Assembly: GCA_043779265.1 (NCBI GenBank)
Contig: JAYWEM010000105.1
Span: forward strand, 1 to 38,641
Length of the DNA: 38,641 bases
Reading direction: 5' to 3'
Origin: a bacterium
Lineage (GTDB): Bacteria; Eisenbacteria; RBG-16-71-46
The translations under genes and the position numbers were made by a program. Below, one piece after another: positions 35,235-38,641 of this stretch; the first letter of the stretch is position 1; every line of letters begins with the position of its first letter. The notes beneath the pieces are model-generated. The model searched no databases and was not told where the DNA came from. It saw nothing but the letters and a program-made list of their open reading frames with translations.

Positions 35235-36326
35235 ATGCCCCGTCTCGCCCGATTCGCGATCCTGATGCTTGCCTTGCTGACCGTGGCGTCCGGATGCAGT
35301 AAGAAATCGACGTCGCCGTTACCGGCCTTCGAGGTTCGCACCTTCCGCATGGGGTTCTCGGCGATCCCGCCTCGGCCCGAGTTGTCGGCGGTGATCGCCA
35401 CCATCGATCTGATGGCGCCTCGCTCCGATGTGGCGCTGATCTTCGGCGAGCCGCCGTGGGACACGCTGCTCGCGGGTGTGCCGGCGGCCGACTACGTGGC
35501 GCGCGAGCGCAAACCCCTCGCCGACTACTTCCGCGCCAAGGGGATGCGAGTGTGGGTGTACCTCGACCCGGCGAACGGTCTCGATCGCTCGGCGGAATCC
35601 GCGCTACTGGTCGCGGCGGGGCGAAGCATCACCGAGCCCGCGATACAATCGCTGTATCGGGAGTATGCCGCCGCGCTCGACACCTTGGTCCGACCGGACG
35701 TCTTCGGTGTCGCCGTCGAGACCAACTTGATCCGCGCCCTGTCGCCCGCCCCGCTCTACGCCGCGGTCCGACAAGTGGCGGCTGCAACGGCGGCCCACGT
35801 GCGCGCGCTCGACCCGTCGGTGCGGCTGTCGGCGAGTGTGCAGGTCGAGACCGCGTGGGGCCGCGCGCCGCTGGGCCCTTACCAAGGGGCCGACACGGAC
35901 TTCGCCGATTTCCCGTTCATCGAGTTGCTCGGCCTGTCGTCCTATCCGTACTTCGTGTGGGCGGCGCCCGAGAGTCTGCCCACGAACTACTACGCGCGCC
36001 TGGTCGAGGGCCGCGCGATACCGGTGGCGATGATCGAGGGCGGTTGGACGTCGGAGAGCATCGCCGGTGTCGTGAGCACGCCCGACGCGCAACGTCGCTA
36101 CATCGCGCGCCAAGGCGTGCTTCTCGATGAGGCAAGGGCGGCGGCGGTGTTCCAGCTCACGTTCACGGACCTGCAGCTGAGCAGCTTCCCGCCGGCCGAC
36201 GCCGATGGCGTGCGACCCTTCTCGCGGCTGGGGCTGGTGGATTCGGCGTTCACGCCGCGACCGGCCCTCTCAGCGTGGGATGCGCTTCATGCGCGGCCGC
36301 GCGCCGGTGGTGCGGGGTTGCCGTGA
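35235..36326 (+). CDS. Lipoprotein, probable clan GH-A-like TIM-barrel glycoside hydrolase
   Basis: RBS GGAGG; lipobox ASGC; candidate catalytic Glu in VETN and IEGGW; LSSYPY; LGLVD. Confidence 0.6.
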   Translation: MPRLARFAILMLALLTVASGCSKKSTSPLPAFEVRTFRMGFSAIPPRPELSAVIATIDLMAPRSDVALIFGEPPWDTLLAGVPAADYVARERKPLADYFRAKGMRVWVYLDPANGLDRSAESALLVAAGRSITEPAIQSLYREYAAALDTLVRPDVFGVAVETNLIRALSPAPLYAAVRQVAAATAAHVRALDPSVRLSASVQVETAWGRAPLGPYQGADTDFADFPFIELLGLSSYPYFVWAAPESLPTNYYARLVEGRAIPVAMIEGGWTSESIAGVVSTPDAQRRYIARQGVLLDEARAAAVFQLTFTDLQLSSFPPADADGVRPFSRLGLVDSAFTPRPALSAWDALHARPRAGGAGLP

Positions 36327-36552
36327 GTCGATGGGTTGGGCCCGGCGGAGTTGGTCTCCGCGAAACCGAATCAGACCACAGGTGAACAGGTGCACCCCGC
36401 GAGACTGCGTGATCGTGGCGAGGCGCGGGGTGCCCGACTGGTAACCGAGCGTCACGTCACCGCCGTCGGCGCGCCCAAGCGTCGCGAGAAGGCCGTCGAA
36501 GTCGAACTCATCATGACGTGTCACGCTGCTGCATGACGCCCGCAGCACTCGA

Positions 36553-38641
36553 TCAGCGCGCGTCGCTCGCGGGGGGGAGCCCGGACTCGATCCGGACCTC
36601 GCGGAACAGGCGGTGCACCGAGGCGTCGAGCATCGGGGCCTCGAGCGGCCACACCAGCGTCGCCTCCAAGCGGCGAGGCGCGAATGGCGGAAGGTCCAGC
36701 ACCGGGTGCAGGCCGGGGTCGATGCGCGCGAACAGCGGCGCGATCTGCTTCATCGGCCCAGAGGTCAGGGCGCCGATCCCGAGATCGAGCTCACCGAGTC
36801 GGATCGCCGCGGTGGCAGCGGCCAAGTGGCTAGCGGTGACGAGGCTGGATGAGACGGCCGATTCCTCGAGCGCGGCGCGCACGCTCGAGCCGCCACCTTC
36901 GGCGACCGTGATCGCGGCCCCCAGAGCGCGCAGATCCTCGGGCCGGGCGCCGACCGCGCTCGCCTCTCGGTGGGCCGCCGCTGCCGCGCCCACCTCCCCG
37001 CGCGCAAGGTGGATCAGGATGCGCATGGCGTGGGAGCACGTGATGTAGAAATCCTCGTCCGAGAGCGCACGCACGCGCGTCGCGAGGGTGAGCGCCTCCT
37101 CGCCCCTGCGAGTGAAGTGCGCGAGCACTGAGAGCCAGATCGTCGAAAAGGCATCCTGCGGATCCACCTCGAGCGCGCGCCTCACGTAGCGTTCGGCCCC
37201 GGCGAGATCGGTCCGAGAGAGACAATGGATGCCCATGTTGATGAGTGCGGGCGTGAAACGCGGGTCGGCTTCAAGGGCGCGGATCAGAGCCCGTTCCGTC
37301 CCCTCGAGGTCCCCCATGAATCTCAGGTTGAGAGACTCGGCCTTGTAACCGTCGGGAAGTCGGGGGGCGATCGCGATGGCGCGCCGAGCGGCTTCGAGGC
37401 CGCGCCGCGCGGTCTCGGCCACATCCACGTTCAGGCCCCACTGGCAGAGCTGGCCGTGGCAGTCACCGATTCCCGCCCACGCCAGGGCGTACTCGGGATC
37501 GGCCTCGGTCGCCGCGCCGAACAGCTCGAGCGCCTCGCGCAGCGAGGCCTCGGTGTACTGCCCGTACTTCGCGCGCCCGCGCAGGTAGAGGTCGTAGGCG
37601 CGCGCATCCTGCGGGCGATTCTTCGCGAGCGAGGCGACCTCGCCCGGCGAGAGCGTCACCCGCAGCGCCTCGGCGATGGAGGCCGCGATCTCCTCCTGCA
37701 CCGCGAAGACGTCCTCCATGGTGCGGTCGTAGCGCTCCGCCCACAGCTGGAACCCATCGGCGGCGTTGACCAGTTGGACGCTGATGCGGACGCGATCCCC
37801 GGAGCGGCGCACGCTCCCCTCGAGCACGGCGCCCACGCCCAGGTCGGCGGCGAGCTTCGGCAGGTCGGGGGAGGCGCCGCGATAGCGCGCCACCGCATTG
37901 CGCGAGGCCACCCGCAGCCCGCGCACCTTGGAGAGGTCGGTCAGGATGTCCTCGGTGATCCCGGCGCAGAAGTACTCGCTCTCGGGGTCGCGGGCGAGGT
38001 TCTCGAAGTAGAGCACGGCGAGCGATGGGGCGGCCTGGCGGGCGCTGCCGGCGGCAGGACCCGAGGAGAGCTCCGTGGCGATCGCGCCCAACTCGCGGCG
38101 CAAGTCGCCGATGTCGCGCGGCCGCGCGGCCGCGTCCTTGGTAAGGCAGCGCTTCAGGACGTCCCGGAGGCGCGCAGGCGCCGAGGGCGGCAGCGCGTTC
38201 CAGTCGGGCTCGCGTTCGAGGATGCGGGCGATGACGTCCGAGACGGTCTCACCGGCGAACACCTGCCGGCCTGTGAGGCACTCGAACAGCACGCAGCCGA
38301 ATGCCCATACATCCGCGCCGCGGTCCACCGCCCGGCCGCGAGCCTGCTCGGGGCTCATGTAGGGAGCGGTGCCGAGGATCACGCCGGCGCCGGTCGCCGC
38401 GAGCGCCACCGTGGGGGACAGCGATAGGTCGGGCGAGGATGCTTCCTCCGCGGCGCCGCCCTTGGCGAGGCCGAAGTCGAGCACCTTGACCGCGCCCGAG
38501 GTCGAGAGCATCACGTTCGCGGGCTTCAGGTCGCGGTGGACGACGCCGCGTTCATGAGCCGCCTCCATGCCCGCTGCGATCTGAATGCACACGTCGAGGG
38601 CTTCCCGCACCGGAAGGGGCCCACGTGTGAGGCGCCCGGCC
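36553..38641 (-). CDS. Hanks-type Ser/Thr kinase with TolB_N-like domain and TPR repeats; N-terminus beyond the right edge
   Basis: [39 protein letters not shown]...[17 protein letters not shown]...WAERYD; TPRs; frame stays open to the window end. Confidence 0.93.
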   Translation of the reverse strand, partial: AGRLTRGPLPVREALDVCIQIAAGMEAAHERGVVHRDLKPANVMLSTSGAVKVLDFGLAKGGAAEEASSPDLSLSPTVALAATGAGVILGTAPYMSPEQARGRAVDRGADVWAFGCVLFECLTGRQVFAGETVSDVIARILEREPDWNALPPSAPARLRDVLKRCLTKDAAARPRDIGDLRRELGAIATELSSGPAAGSARQAAPSLAVLYFENLARDPESEYFCAGITEDILTDLSKVRGLRVASRNAVARYRGASPDLPKLAADLGVGAVLEGSVRRSGDRVRISVQLVNAADGFQLWAERYDRTMEDVFAVQEEIAASIAEALRVTLSPGEVASLAKNRPQDARAYDLYLRGRAKYGQYTEASLREALELFGAATEADPEYALAWAGIGDCHGQLCQWGLNVDVAETARRGLEAARRAIAIAPRLPDGYKAESLNLRFMGDLEGTERALIRALEADPRFTPALINMGIHCLSRTDLAGAERYVRRALEVDPQDAFSTIWLSVLAHFTRRGEEALTLATRVRALSDEDFYITCSHAMRILIHLARGEVGAAAAAHREASAVGARPEDLRALGAAITVAEGGGSSVRAALEESAVSSSLVTASHLAAATAAIRLGELDLGIGALTSGPMKQIAPLFARIDPGLHPVLDLPPFAPRRLEATLVWPLEAPMLDASVHRLFREVRIESGLPPASDAR

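Noticed and set aside
36270..36548. 92-aa minus-strand ORF after the kinase
   Set aside because: No recognisable motif or RBS, and it overlaps the convergent gene's end. It could be a remnant but is unsupported.
1..38641. CRISPR array, tRNA, IS or prophage; long antisense ORFs such as 2484-4061, 14895-16691, 17127-18548 and 32018-33601
   Set aside because: No repeat-spacer pattern, cloverleaf, transposase or phage gene was seen. The long antisense ORFs mirror well-supported genes.

Overview
High-GC bacterial chromosomal segment with about 34 densely packed CDSs and no rRNA, tRNA, CRISPR array, transposase or integrase. The FlgD/T9SS-like C-terminal domains and '[ST]WGx[VL][KR]xxY' tails suggest an FCB-related candidate phylum such as Ca. 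Eisenbacteria; this is inference only. The window holds amino-acid metabolism genes (pruA, a symporter, a sarcosine-oxidase-like enzyme, an aminotransferase, a LeuD-LeuC-order aconitase fusion, an amidase), many secreted or lipoproteins, two type IV pilus retraction-motor loci, an AbiEi/AbiEii toxin-antitoxin pair with an inverted-repeat operator, and a partial Ser/Thr kinase. The most striking feature is that each pilT locus is tightly linked to a catalytically eroded pilus-ATPase homologue with an N-terminal input domain (a DUF4388-pseudoPilT and a MshEN-pseudoPilB), a candidate pseudo-ATPase system regulating pilus motors. Other leads are a standalone 14-codon ORF with a 13-nt match to the 16S 3' end, a multi-stem RNA upstream of yceI, a shared C-terminal WG motif, a Tat-tagged small partner for a signal-less amidase, a dead beta-lactamase-fold lipoprotein, and a 15-bp inverted repeat joining two divergent start sites. 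All family assignments come from motif recognition by eye; no searches were run.
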